Source: the human T2T-CHM13v2.0 reference genome, Homo sapiens. Taken from it: a DNA stretch of 64,000 nucleotides. The translations under genes and the position numbers were made by a program. Where the stretch lies: the NCBI RefSeq assembly GCF_009914755.1, contig NC_060942.1; one strand, written 5' to 3'. This document shows, in pieces, positions 33,891 through 47,773 of the stretch (within the stretch, counting starts at the first letter, position 1; every line of letters starts with the position of its first letter). The notes under the pieces were generated by a model. The model saw only the letters and a program-made list of their open reading frames with translations, was not told where the DNA came from and did no database searches.

Positions 33891-36764
33891 CCCTTATAGC
33901 TGACCCAATTCCACTGGTTGTTACCCAGTGAGAGAAGACAGACTGGTATTCTGTTCCTCATGCTAAATATGAGGAAAATAAGCTCTTGAAAAATATGTTT
34001 TCCAGGCTGACAAGAGGCAGTATTGCTACAAACATATAAAACAGGGAGATATTGCAAACACATAAGGATATTAGCTAGGCAAAACTGTATTTTCCGTTTA
34101 GTTTTGTTTTTGTTTTCACAGCAAATTATTTAGGATTCCAAATATATGCTAGTAGGTAAGTCCAAGAAAATACCAAAGAGTTTTGCCAATAACTCAAATA
34201 GTTTGTGGCCTTTCACTTTGGGAAGACTGTCTTCCAGTAATTTTTCTCTCCAATCACTTTATAATTTATACACTTCAATTGCCTTCCTTTAAATAGGGTC
34301 TTGGATTTTTCAGGGTTACTTCCATATGTCTGATATTAATAAGCATGTTTAGTAAATCCAAATAATGCTTGAATTAAATAGAGGGAAACTTGGGAAAAAA
34401 TGTTTTTCGATAGGTGCAGAATATGTTGGTGGCAATAACTAGAGATGTTGACATTATGTCCAGATTATAGATCCTTATCAAGGAGGTCACTGACCTTCAG
34501 AAGCTATGCCTGTCGGTAGGGTCTAACTGTGTGTCAGTATATGGGGATTGGGTGAGTACTTGGCATAACTATTTAAGAGAGGGTGAAAAGAGCTGCACAA
34601 TAACTCTCAATCTAATGGAGTAAAGGCAGAATTCTGGTATCTTATAGCCTTCATATTAAAGCAGCTCAGACAACAGCCCCTTCCCAGCTCTCATACAGTT
34701 GGTATGAGATATCAGTGAGGGTGAATAGAGAAACGTTTCTTACTAGCTCCTCTTCTCTTGATGTTCCAGGAATTTTCCTGGCAGTTAACTGCAACCATTC
34801 AGGTTGGTTGGTGTCTGCTGTGACTACCACAGAACGTATAACCACTTCACTTGGCAGTACCTGTAGGTAGCAGATAGTTCTACTAGAAATGAGCTCTCCC
34901 AGGGCTCCTTCCTCCATTTTGCAGAGGGATGTACTCAAAATAGACTGAGCCTGAGCCCAAAGCCTTTGTTCAAGTTTGACACATAAGTAATTACTTTAGA
35001 TGAGTTATAATTTTCTATCTTTAGGCTCACTGCCTCTGTAGATCTGAAGCCCACCCCTCCACTTCATTCCCCGTACTCACACCTCACCTGTCCCTTCTCC
35101 TATTGCTGTTTCTAGTTAGACCTGTACTCCATGCTTTTGTTTTTGTTTTTGTTTTTTTCTGTTTGATTTGTTTTCCAAGCCAGGCTGCTGCAACCAGTTT
35201 ATTAAGAAGCTTCAATTCGGTGGAGAGTAAATACAAAATGTTATTTTTCTCCTGTCACTGACTTCAACTATATTCTGTCCAGTGCCCTGTCACTTACTAA
35301 CACCTCAGGCAGATCTCACGGCTTTTTGTTCAAACTTTTGATCACTTTCAAATATTAAAAGTTCATACCTATTAAAAGTTCCAAACTCTGATTTGATTTA
35401 AAATTCATGTCTTTCCCTTCCCCTAGAGGCAGTCAGGTTGTGACTCAAGGAAACTGGAGCAGAGGTGGAGGATCGGTGCCTGTCCTTTTACTCTTCCTCC
35501 CGCTCCAGGTCTCCTCTGGGGAGTTGGAGCCTGCTCTTAGCCTGGGACAATGCCTTTTTTCCCTTTCGAGAGTTGGATGATAGAAGGCATAATCAGGCAT
35601 GTAGAGCTTTTCTTATGTAACTTGGTTTTCAATCATTTCAGAGTGGAGGGGAAACATCCTTTATTATGCTCCAGCAAAAATGACTGTAGTCTTCATGTAA
35701 ATGTGTGTGGTGTGCTTGTTTTTTGGAGTTGTGTTCAGCTTTATTCTGGTCGACTTTATCATCAAGGACACCCTTCAGAGAGCCGCAGCCCTGCCTCCCT
35801 TTGCTGTCACTAGCAGCCCTTCCCCCATCACTTGGTCCTATCCTTTATCTTCTGTGTCCCTTTACATGAAGCCCTGGAGACTAGGAGGTTGTCTTCTTTA
35901 TCTTCAGTGTGTTCAGATAAAACTATGCTACAGTCCCTAGTCACAGTATTCTTGAAATTGCTTTTGTAATCTATTGCTTTCAGAAACTTGCTGGCAAAAA
36001 TTCAGCATTAGTCTGTCCATATTCATATAGACCACCAAACTCTGGGAATCACTTTAAAAGTTAGGCAATCCCTTACCACACCCCTCGCTACTATGTGTTT
36101 GGTCTACAGTTTCCACAGCTCAGCAACTCTACCTCTCAGTAAGATGCCAGTATCTGCAAGTAATCCTCATGAGGCTCCCCTTCATTTGGCATCCCCTTGA
36201 TGGAGCAAGGAAGGAGTAACCTCTCAGCACACCCTGCACTTCCATACACTCCTATTCTGTCAGTTGTCTTCCCTCTACAACCTTCTGATGTTAACAGGAG
36301 GCAGAGGCTTGCTGAGAGGGATAGTGGTAGGAGAGCTCACTCTGCCCTCTTTCAATAAGCTCTGAAAAGTCCCTGGCCCTAATTTTATACTGTGTCCCTT
36401 ATAAGACTAGGCTTGACTAATCACACTGATTTGTCCCCAGTTTTAGGGCATAGTTGCTAAGTCTGAAACAATAAGAGAGATCCCAAATCACCACCCTATT
36501 CTACAATTGCACCTACTTTACTGAAGACATAATTAAGATTGGTTTTTGATTGGTTCAAGATTGATTCTAAGGTTTCTTAGATAAAAGAAACTTGGAAAAG
36601 CCAAAAATTCTGACTTTAAAGAACAAAGTCCACAATTACTTAAAGTGCAGAGGTGGTTGTGCTGGACTACCTAAGTATGTCAGGAGTAGAGGACAAGGCA
36701 TTTTGAGTTAGGTTGTTCCTGATATAAGAGACAAGGGATATGGGAAGATAGGCCAAAACGGAAA

Positions 36765-37599
36765 TGCTATGGTTTGAATTTTTCTCTTCCAAAACTCATG
36801 TTGAAATTTGATCTCCATCGTGGCAGTGGTGGGAGGTAGGGCCTACTGGGAGGTATTTGTCATGGTGTGGATCCCTCATGAATAGATGAATGTCCTGCCA
36901 CAAGAGTGAGTGAGTTCTTGCTCTTGTGGAACTGGGTTAGTTACCTCAAGAGCAGATTATTATAAAAGTGAGTTTGGTTTCCTTAACTCTCTGGCTTTCT
37001 CTCTTGCCACATGATCTCTTTGCACATGCCCACTGATGTGATTTGAATATCTGTCTCCCCACAAATCTAGACTAGGTGGGGCCTGGAAGGAAGTGTTTGG
37101 ATCACAGGGGTGGATCTCTCATGGTTGGTGCTGCTTTTGAGATAGTGAGTTCTCACAAGATCTGGTCATTTAAAAGTATGTGGCACCTCCCCAGCAATTT
37201 TCTCTCTCTACCTCTCTTGCTCCCGCTTTCGCCATGTGACATGCCTACTCTTCCTTTGCCTTCTGATATGACTGGAAACTTCCTGAGGCCTCCCCAGAAG
37301 CAGATGTCACGATGCTTCCTGTACAGCCTGTAGAACTGTGAGCCTGTTAAACCACTTTTCTTATAAATTACCCAGTCTCAGTTATTTCTTTATAAAAATG
37401 CAAGAACAGCCTAACATATCCATTCAAGTTTTCCATTTCTCCACCTTGTTTTGAGCCAGCACATGAACCTCAAGAGAAGCCAACCAGATGTGGCAATATG
37501 CTCTTGAACTTTGTAGACTGCAGAATCATGAGTTAAGTAAATGTCTTTTCTTTAAAAACTACTTAGTCTCAGGTATTCTACAGTAAACAGACTAAAACA
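36765..37599 (+). mobile_element. MSTD-like MaLR solo LTR interrupted by a younger MST LTR
   Basis: Starts 'tgctatggtttgaat...ccaaaactcatgttgaaatttgat' and ends 'agtctcaggtattct...acagactaaaaca'. Confidence 0.85.
37034..37418 (+). mobile_element. MSTA/MSTB MaLR solo LTR (nested)
   Basis: 'tgatgtgatttgaatatctgtc...cttcctgaggcctccccagaagcagatg...aaattacccagtctcag'. Confidence 0.85.
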
Positions 37600-38213
37600 G
37601 AGAAATGTTGACTTCCTCATTGTATATATATCAGAACTGTCTAAATAAGAATTGCATTTTTTCCATGTACTCTCCAATATTATTGCTTTTTACATTTGCT
37701 TGATTATAGACAAGCCCTGAATACTATGCTTCCCATGGTTCTTGTATAGATACTTATATTTTGAACAATTATTTTAGGTTTTTAGTTTTAATATTATTAA
37801 TATAAATCTCAAAATCTATGTTGTATTAAAAAGTTCACATTCTTCTGATAGTAAATAAGCTGATAAATGATGGAACATATTACATTTTACATACATTTAT
37901 ATATTTTTATATAAATAAGAGAGTTTAAAGGGTAATATGCCCAAACTTCTTTTTTCATCATTCTAATTTAGTCATTATTAATTTAATATATAAAAGTATG
38001 TTTCTGGAGAAAAAAAGAGTTATTCATTCAGAATCTCTATTTTCTTTTTCGCTCTCTTCTTTGTCTTTCCCTGTCTCTATTAATTTTTCAATTTAATTAA
38101 GCAAAAGGTATTCACTAATGCGGTTGAAATAGTTTGTGACATAAAAAAATCAATTGACATACACTTCCTGAGTAAAACACCTATTGTATATGAGATAAAC
38201 ACCTCTTCTAACA

Positions 38214-38560
38214 TTGTAGCAGGGCTGTTCCAGTTATCAAAGTATTTTCTCTCAGCTCCAATTCACCCTTCAATACATGATTTGCAGCAATTGGAATTCC
38301 TTCTAGCATTTCTCCTTCACAGCAGCACACTGTTAACCTTTCTCAGCAGAGGGTGCTTGAGGGACGTTGGAGGAGGAATGGGACTCTGCTGCTGTTTTTT
38401 TTGGCAGCCTAAAGATTGGTCAGCAGTGTGGGTGTGAGAATATCCTGTGATCCTCTGCTGCAACCATGCACTCCCCATGTGTAATTCTTCAGCAGCCTGT
38501 AGCCCCAGCCTGGACCAGTCATCACCTTTCCACAGACCTACCTGAATTCTATTTATTCCC
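38214..38560 (-). mobile_element. Old ERVL-type LTR (LTR41/LTR52-like; family uncertain)
   Basis: 'cagctccaattcacccttcaatac...catttctccttc...cagcagagggtgcttgagggac' resembles ERVL LTRs. Confidence 0.45.
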
Positions 38561-40819
38561 CTCTGAATGGAGTTCTGACCACCAGAAGCAGGACTTGGAA
38601 TCAGGACGTAAGAAACACGCAGGTTTGCAGTTGGGAATCATAATAAAGGATGTGACACCAAAGTGGCAAGGTATAAGGAGAGAACCAAAGGTGGAGATCG
38701 GTCCAGAGCATTATAGCTGAGGAGTGAGTGAAGACTGCTCAGGCAATGAAGTCCTGCTCACATGACAAATGGCAAGTCTACCCTTTTATAAGACATCAGG
38801 GCAAGCAGGGGCTGTTTCTCAATGGGATTGCATCTGACCCATCTTCTACTGATGTTTATTGAACAGGTATTTGGAACAAGAAATTACACTAAGTACATCA
38901 GGGGTTCTATGATGATAAGGAAATAAGCCAGGGAATATCTTGAAATGATGTCCAGTCATAAGTTTTATAATTCTATTCTGCATCCATAATAATTAAAATG
39001 AGGTTAAGACATAAGGTACCTTCTTAAATAAAATTTAAAATAAATTTTATAGATATTTATAGGAACATAATTTATTTGAATATTATGGCCCAAAATAAAA
39101 ATATCATGATAAATTGCCAGTAAATCCCTTTTGCTCTTTTTAATGCACAATTTCAATATATTCAGTTTTCTGAGGGCTTACATGAGCCATGGGTCTGACC
39201 ACCAAGAGGCATAGAATTGTGTTGGGAGAGGTATGGGTTAACATCATAACCACCAAGTAACTTGTTCAAATAATAACCACCAAAGGTATTCAAAAAAGAG
39301 AGCTATTATTTATTGGTAAAATTAAATAAGGCTTCACTGAAGGGACAGGAATTGGGCTGGACCCCAAAATATTGGTACATGGAGATAAATGAAGTTTTTC
39401 TGGAAAGTGTTGGTTAAATATTGTGGAAGAATTTTCAGGACATCATATGGTCTGTAGAGAAAATTATGGAAAATCAGATTAGAAATATATAATGGGTCCG
39501 CACTGTGGAAGAAATTTTTCACACTGTTAGGAAAATTCAATTTATCATTGTAGCTGACTTCAGTAGCTTGACAACACATAGCTATTAAGTGCTTCTATGT
39601 TTTCTACAGTTTCTCCCTCCTTTATTGGTTTTCCCATTCTTATCCCTAGATAGTAACTTTGCTACAAAGGGTTATATAGCTCCAACAAGCTCTCTGTGTT
39701 TATGATTCCCTTGAGTTTATTTGTACATTGGCATCATTCTCTCCATTTTACAAGCAAGAGTTGTGGTGAAAGGTTTGGCAACTGCCACACAGGGTATGAG
39801 TTCAGTCCTGGGACTGAGTCTCCAGTTGCCTTTAGAATGCCTTGCCCTGAAACATCTCTTACCCTTAACTTGGCTATGTGTGACTTCCCTTGGCCGTTGA
39901 TTCCACTTTTCTCCACTTGAGACTCGCGGCTGTGGATTTGCCTGACTGTTTAGCACGTTGCCCTTATCTATTAATCTTGCCCTGGAAAGCAAGACTTGCT
40001 CTCTGGCCTCAAATGCAAGTCTTTCAGGGTGAACCTGCTTCTTCCTTACGCAGAGGATATCTCCTTACTTGACATGCCCATAAAGAAATCAATGTGACCT
40101 GCAGAACTGCTGAGGCTGAGAGATGGAAAGGGTCTTTGTTAGGCCAATCCAATCTCTAATCAGATCTTCTCCAGCTGGCAGTAGGTGATCTGAAATTATT
40201 ACTGGTCTGCTGCTGGTAGAGAAGTCTGAAGAAACTTGGAAGAAAGTGAATGCTTCTCCCTCTCCTCCATATTACCAAGAAAAGCTCCATATCTGTTAGC
40301 TTCCACCGATTACCTCGTCTTTCTTTTCTACCCATTGCCAAGTACTCTGCTCTTTCCTCTAAATATGCCATTGCCCTTGATAAATTCTTGTTTCTAAATC
40401 CTATGGAACTGTTACGTTCTTTGTAGAAGTCCTTTTAAAATTACTCTTTGACTTATCTTTAATGAAGTGAGGATACTACAACCATGCCTTAAATTGTTCA
40501 TTAATATCTGGTTACATACAAGTAAAGCAATCCCTTTCTGACAAGTAAAGCAACCACAAATGGCACATGGCTTCCAGAGCCTGTGGAATGCTCTTTGAAT
40601 ATGCTAAGATATGCTAAGGATGAATTTCACTTTTGGAAACATTAAATAATTACATATGACCAAACCTTGTATGCAGTGTATGGAATCTTGCTAATAATAT
40701 AATTCTAAGTCAAAACCAATATTTACTTTTAAAAGCATGACTAGGATTTGTAAATTGTCATGAATGACTTGTGTATCATCCTTCCAGAGACCCTGCATCT
40801 TAGTCCACATGACATCTGA

Positions 40820-41025
40820 ATGCCTCATGCCTCCACAACATGCCCCGATCCTGGCAAGCAGCATACCGGTATCATAGCACATATTACGTTGTGTCGTAAT
40901 TAGTTTTTTATATACCTTTCTCTCTATCCAGAGAGTAATTCCCTAAAATGCAGGGATATGTTATAGTCATCTATACACAATGTTTGCCACATAAAATTTG
41001 CACAATACATATTTAGTAAATGCTT
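40820..41025 (+). mobile_element. L2 3' end fragment
   Basis: 'atcatagcacatattacgttgt...gcagggatatg...caatacatatttagtaaatg'. Confidence 0.6.
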
Positions 41026-42234
41026 ATATTAACTGAAGATAACTTTAGTAAAGGTGTGATATTCAGATTGACCTGTGAAGTTTTCCACAATTTATTTTTC
41101 TTCAGGCTAATATGTTGTGTGTGATTTGCTTTGTTTCTGCTGATTATGTCATTCTGTCATTTTTTTTAAAGAAACATGGATTACTCTGTTAAATCAGAGA
41201 AAAGTTAAAAGTTAAGAAAAAATACACCTGTGGTAATAGAAATAGTTTTACCTGTTCATGGACATAATTAAGAGATAGCATCTAATGTGAGCATAAGTGT
41301 GGTGAGTTTGAAAATGTGAATGGAGTTACTACTTGTTTCTCTCTCTTTATAGCATTACATCTCTATAACCTACGAGATACATGAGCCACAGAAGAAGATC
41401 TTTAGGGGAGGATGATTAGGGCACGGTCTTTGCATTTTTTCAATGAGGTGACAAGTGCGCTTACCTAAGAGTTAGTGTAGATGCTCAATGTGCCTTTCCA
41501 TACAGGTGAAGTTCATTCAGCTTGTTTAATAATGACATTTAATCAGTTCAAATGAGAGCATTGCTAAACAGACCCTATGTGGGAAAGATATTAGTATCTG
41601 CCTTTACCTTCAGTCAGTCTCTGCCTATAAGTCACTCTGAAGATGATAATGCGGAGTGTTCTCCTTCATGAAATGAATGGTTCCATCTATGTCTGCTCTA
41701 TCTCAGTCACCAGAATAATGAATCAAAAGAATAATTAAGCCTATTAATAAAATGGTCAATTTATTTTAATTTATTGGTGTGGTTTACTTTTTTATATAAT
41801 TTAATGAGCACTGTTTTGAGAGAGTACTAACAGTTTACTCAAGAGTCTTTTAAGAATTCTGTTAGCACATAGGTACAAAGTTGACACCAAGGGAAATGGC
41901 CAGGGTTATAAGCAGAGCCCCACCAGCCTCCCTGTCTGGGTTACTTTTCACTCAGTTGTTCCTACCATGGCCCCCTAGGTCTCTTCTAAAGCCCACGCTA
42001 CTGTATTTCTGCATATAATCAATGTAGGCAGTGCTTTTCCTTCCAAAATGGTCTCCCATTCCACTAACAGTGCTTGCTGTTAGCCAGAAATATGATAAGC
42101 TCATTCTTACACGTTTGAGAATTAGTGAGAAAGGCTTGAAATTCTAACCTTTTAGGCACATTCCTTCTTGTGCTCCTGGACCTCCAAGGAGTCCAAGGAG
42201 AACCTCTGATTCCATTTCTAATCCAAATATAGAA

Positions 42235-42710
42235 TAATGTCTCAGTGCTCATAGAATAAAGCCCAGTGTCCTAAACAAATTGGCCCAAGGAAAGCTCTTC
42301 GGTCTTATCTTACCTGCCTCCTTTCACACTTCTACTGGCCACATCTCACCTGGGTACTTATGTTTCCTTCAGAGGGTCAACCACCTCATGGGCACATGCT
42401 TTGATGTTTTTTCTTCAGTGCTGACATTCCTATCCTACTCCTTCCTATATACTAACATTTCTAAATTCAGGTCAAATGCTAGTACCTTTTTGCAGGTTTT
42501 TCTCATCTTTCTTTAGCACCATAGAATATGTTCCTTCTTTTCTTTCCCAAAGCACTTTCCCTTATGACACTCTTCATTTATTGAATTAGGCCATAGTTAT
42601 GCAGATGCATCAACTCACTAGATTTTAAGTTTACTGAAGGTATAAGCACTCAAAGATTAGCACAGTGACTTGCCCATAGTTAGAGCTCAACAAAACTCTA
42701 ACTGAAATAC
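42235..42710 (+). mobile_element. L2 3' end fragment
   Basis: 'catagaataaagccca' and 'cactagattttaag...tagcacagtgacttgcccatagttagagctcaacaaa'. Confidence 0.65.
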
Positions 42711-43398
42711 AAAGGTATTTAAACTTTATTTTAGATAAGTCAATACTTACTGGATAAATAAAATTGTAATATTAAAAATAACATTTCATATATTACAGGT
42801 GAAGGAAATATTTTATGAATAGTTACGTTTCCCATTTTGGGCTCAAAAAAGTTTATATTATGAGTGTTTTCTTGCTCTTCCAAGATTTGAGGCAAGCTCT
42901 TCTCTGTGTGTATATGGAGATTTTCTTCATATGGGTACTCAATGAGAGTATGTAGAAGACAAGCAGATAAAGCGATGCTCCAAGTGTTTATGGTTCCTTT
43001 TATTGAATCATTTTGTAAGCACAGATGAATACTAGTGCTATAGCATTTATCAGAACCCTTACACATTAGATGTGAAAGACATCATCATAAAAGACAATCT
43101 TTTACTGCAGAACTATGTATTCACTACCTTGAGAAACAAAATGAAGGAATTCATACTTGTAATATTTGCAAATGGCTTAGAACAGTGCTTGACAAAGAGT
43201 AAGCACAGTATGTGTTTACAAAATAAATATAATATTTCATTCAAAATTTCAAAATAAATATTTTACGTAACCGCTTTTGTGATTTAATAACCATTTAACC
43301 ATTGTTATGGTTATTAGATGAATTAAGTGAGATGACTGCACCAAGGAAATGACCCAGTACTTGCCACAACTGAGGTATAATGAGATTTAACTTCACCG

Positions 43399-43441
43399 CT
43401 TTCACACTTCTACTGGCCACATCTCACCTGGGTACTTATGT
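43399..43441 (+). repeat. Exact 43-bp copy of 42321-42363
   Basis: ctttcacacttctactggccacatctcacctgggtacttatgt occurs at both positions. Confidence 0.97.
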
Positions 43442-45016
43442 ACCCGTGGGTTGGACAAGCTTGAAAATGGTAAAGGAACCATACTGACTGGACAAAAGAT
43501 TTACATTAAAGACTGGTGACCCTAAGAAGCTGTAAAAATAGGCTAAAATTAGTTTGTAAAGAACTGTGAATTGAGTTTGATATTAAAAGGTTTAACTATG
43601 TCAAACAGATTTAGCATACACAAGGTGAATGTAGAAAACAAACGTAGTATAACATGCCATAAAATTGTTCATATGACTTCCTCACCAAAAAATAGACTCC
43701 TGAAATCACACTCATACTATTTTCATGGATTAACGAAATTGCCGAAATGGAAGGAATAAGGAGAAATTGTTTGCACCAAACCTCTCAAACAGCTAAAGAG
43801 GTTCATAAAAGCTCAATTATTTCATGAAGATCATATACTTGCCAAGTGGCAGAGTGAGGACCACATCCCACATTTTCTGCTTCACAGTCGAAGCCAGTAA
43901 TCCCTAGTCTTGATTGCATGATAGAGACTATGAAAACCAGTGATGGTTTAATGAGTCCCTCTCTAGACACACATCTAACTCCTAAGTTATTATTTATTTT
44001 GGTCAGGGATAGATGTGATAATTAAGAATAGGTTAGCAAAAGAAATTATAGTTTGACAATGAAAACAATTAATGTACTTATTTTTACATCTATGTACAAG
44101 ATATTGTATAAGTGACTAAGATAATATGAGATAAACAAGGATAAAAGAAAAATCTCTCATGCATCCTAGTTTTGGTAATCAAATTGACCTGATTTAATCC
44201 TTACTACACATACAGACGCATGCTCACAGCCAAGATTCCCTCTTGTCTTCCGGAAACTCATTTTGATCTCTCCCCTAGGAAGGAAAACACTATGACTAGG
44301 AAAATAATTCTATCCTCAAGACTAAAGACACGTAGCCTAAGGTCGTGGCTAAAGTCCATTTCTTCATAAAATCTTAAAATCCAGCTTTCCAGTTCTTCTT
44401 CTGCCTGCTTATAATGTCAATTGCTGTCATAATCATCCTTGATAAATGACTAGTCCTACTCATCGATGCTGTCTAAAGTCTAACTCATGGCGTTTTCAGC
44501 CTGTTATTTTACTTGCCTAGACTTAGAGGAGCAACTGCATATATATAGAGACCAGTCACACACTGGCTGGTCTCAATTTTACAGAAACTGTAGAATTGGA
44601 CCCGTAGAACACTTTTTCTAGAAGTAATTTATTTTGGTACAAAAAAATTTAAAAAATAAAAATTAGACCTCTAGTTAGGCTACAGTCTTAAAAGCTATAA
44701 ATTCGTTTAGATTTATGACTAACAATGAAATTCTTGGTAGGAATAGTTAGTTGATGGTAACTCATCAAAACAACTGACTAGACTGATCAACTGAATTGCT
44801 AGAATTCTTTATCACCAACATATAGTATTCTATGCTACTATATACATCCTGTGATATTTAATTATTCACCTTTTACTTTAAGAACAAATTTCTGGAAACT
44901 TTTACTTTGGTTTTTCAGTAACACACAAGGTATGGAATGTGGGAATTCATTCTTTATTCTAAGTATTACAAATAGCTAGTGAACCAAGGTATCTTGTAAT
45001 TTAAAACTATATATGG

Positions 45017-45235
45017 CAGGCGTGTCCAATCTTTTGGCTTTCCTGGGCCACGCTGGAAAAAAAAGAATTGTCTTGGGCCACACATAAAATACACTAACAC
45101 TAATGATAGCTGATGAGCTTTAAAAATTTGCAAAAACAATCCTCATAATTTTTTAAGAAAGTTTACAAATTTATGTTGGGCTGCATTCAAAACTGTTCTG
45201 GGCTGCATGCGTGGACTGTGGATTGGACAAGCTTG
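45017..45235 (+). mobile_element. MER30 (hAT-Charlie MITE), full length
   Basis: Termini 'caggcgtgtccaatc' and 'gattggacaagcttg'. Internal 'cttgggccacacataaaatacactaacactaatgatagctgatgagc'. 8-bp TSD atatatgg/atatatgc. Confidence 0.93.
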
Positions 45236-45859
45236 ATATATGCATAAAACAATGTTAAAAAATAACTAACAATATAAGGCAGCTCATTCATTTTTCCTGA
45301 TTAGTGTAGAACAATAGCTAGGTGAAAGGAAATTTCAGCCTGGGGTAAAATTTCATAAGGTTAGTGACCAGAACTTGGAAAAAGGAGACTTCTAGATGAA
45401 TCAACAGAATGATCAATAGGAAAGGATTATGTTTTGTGGAGTGTGACTAGACTAGTGTAACTGTTGCTGAGGATATAGTTTAGAAAATAAGTTCGGATTC
45501 CCCGTGAAGCAATATGCAAATATGACAAGGTCGCATGTGGGGGCAATGAAGGCATTCAAAAAAGCCATGCTGTCAAACCTTTTCTCTGTCCTTGCAAAAG
45601 AGCATGTCTGTCAGGGAGTTGTAAATGAGTTGAATTTCTGTTAAGTCTGGGCAGCTAGAAGACTTGGAAACAATCCAAGGCGCAATATTGAAGCTCACCA
45701 TCCATGGCTTTCTTGATGCGCTTCCTTTTTCCGAGGACGGTTTCCAACCTCTGCTCTGATTATCTACATCCTCGTTATTCATACTTTAAGGCCCATCTCC
45801 TCAGGGTTGTCTTCCTTAACTGCTCTACTGTCAAAAATCTCTCCATTTTCTGAATGTCA

Positions 45860-46140
45860 CTAGTTCTGATGCTTGAGTAGAGAAGATTTTAGATTAATCT
45901 AGGAGCGAGGCATTGCATGAAGTGAAGAAGGCAATGCATATTGACAAGGAGGCCGTTTAGAAGGTCATTTCTGTATCCACATTTGAGGTAATGAAAAGAT
46001 AAACATGGACAGGATTGGAAAGGGAAAAAATGTGTAAAATAATCAAAATGAATTAACTATTGAATAAGAGAAGGCAAGAGAGAAATAAATTCAAAATTAG
46101 TGTGAAGTTTCAAGTTTGGGGAATTGCTTTGATACCATTA
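45860..46140 (-). mobile_element. L2 fragment
   Basis: 'ggaggccgtttagaaggtcatt...tttgaggtaatga' and 'gtgaagtttcaagtttgggg'. Confidence 0.45.
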
Positions 46141-47397
46141 AACGATCCCTAACAGAACAGAAATCCGAGGGAATGTGTTTGAAGTACAGGCTGAAGGCAA
46201 AAGCCTGCAATATTAAAAGAGGATGCACTGGAGGGGACATGGAGTCCTGAAGCTGTGGGGGTCGGTTGAGATGAGCAGCTGGGACTGGTACTGTGGTGCT
46301 TATAAAAACAATTGCTAGACTTTAAGGCGTGGTCATCAGAGCAATCAACCAGTCACCCAGTGATATACATTAATCAATTGATAGCTATGGCTAGTGCTAT
46401 GGCTAATAATACTTTCTTCTTTCAATGTAGGGGAAAGTAAACCTTGAGACCTCTTCTTGGGTAGATTAAACTCCACACTGCAACATTTTTGGCAATAGCA
46501 TTTCCTTTTTCTTTCTTTCTATTTAAAGATTATGGGAGTCTTGATTCCAGACAATTTTTTTTTCTCCCCAACAAAGAAAGTCCAATATCTAATTTTGATA
46601 TTTTCAAGGATTGAATCTATGCTCTTAAACAAACAATCTCTCTTCTCCATTATTTTCACCTGATGTGAAGGCTTACGGTGAGGCCTAACAAGAAAGCCTG
46701 AGTGGGTCACATTGTTATGAGTTTTTTTAAGCCATTTCTTTCTATCAATCTATATACTTTTCTATTGTCTGTTCTAAATATTAATATACTTTTCACACAC
46801 ACAAAATACCTACATACACATAATAAATAAGAAGTTCCAAACTTGAATCTTTTGGGGATTTCAATTTGATTATTTTAAGAATAAAACTGCTGTCAGCTTT
46901 GTTTGTGGAGAGGGTTTAGCAGCTCTGTTTACTCTAAAAGTAATCACTTCTTGATTCAAACTGCTTCACCAGTAAATAGAATATCTTAGGACATTAATTA
47001 TATGGGAGAGAAGTCAACAAGAAGTAGCTGTTACAATTCATTACTGTACAAGAAATAGCAAGAGATGGGAGAAAATGTAAAGACAGAGATAATTGTTACT
47101 GCTTGGCTGTGAATAGCACTGGGATAGATGGATTGGAATTGGTTTATCTTTCTCCTTCATAACAAACTGGAACATAGGCCAGAGAAGGAGGTTAAGAAAG
47201 GCAGCCAGTTAGCCACGTGTTTAGTGCTTTGGAATACTGCAGACAAAAGAGGCATCTGGCAGCATTTTTTTTTAAGTATAAATTAATATTTTAATGTAAA
47301 ACAATTTATTTCAGTTTATATGGTTAGGCAAAGTCTGCTGCACTATTTTGGCTTGTAGTTTACAAACTTTAAAATAGTAATCTTTCTCAAAGGATAT

Positions 47398-47773
47398 TGA
47401 TATAGTTTGGCTCTGTGTCCCCACCCAAATCTCACCCCAAATTGTAATCCTCATAATCCCCACATGTAAAGGGCAGGACCAGGTGTAGGTAATTGGATCA
47501 TGGGGGCAGTTTCCCCCATGCTGTTCTCGTGATAGTGAGTTCTCATGAGACCTGATGGTTTTATAAGCATCTGGCATTCCCCCTGCTTGCACTGACTCTG
47601 TCCTGCTGCCCTGTGAAGAAGGTGCCTGCTTCCTCTTTGTCTTCCACCATGATTGTAACTTTCCTGAGGCCTCCCCACCAATGCAGAACTGTAAATCAAT
47701 TAAACCTCTTTCCTTTATAAATTACCCGGTCTCAGCTATTTCTTCATTAGCAGTGTGAGAATGGACGAATACA
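47398..47773 (+). mobile_element. THE1D (or MSTA) MaLR solo LTR
   Basis: 'tgatatagtttggctctgtgtccccacccaaatctc...attaaacctctttcctttataaattaccc...gaataca'. Confidence 0.92.

Noticed and set aside
39170-40150. Possible ancient LTR or exon-like sequence (similar impression at 36120-36500)
   Set aside because: I could not match it to any consensus or reading frame with confidence; it needs a Dfam search.
44549-44575. 11-bp hairpin gagaccagtca/tggctggtctc
   Set aside because: Short enough to be chance, with no supporting context.
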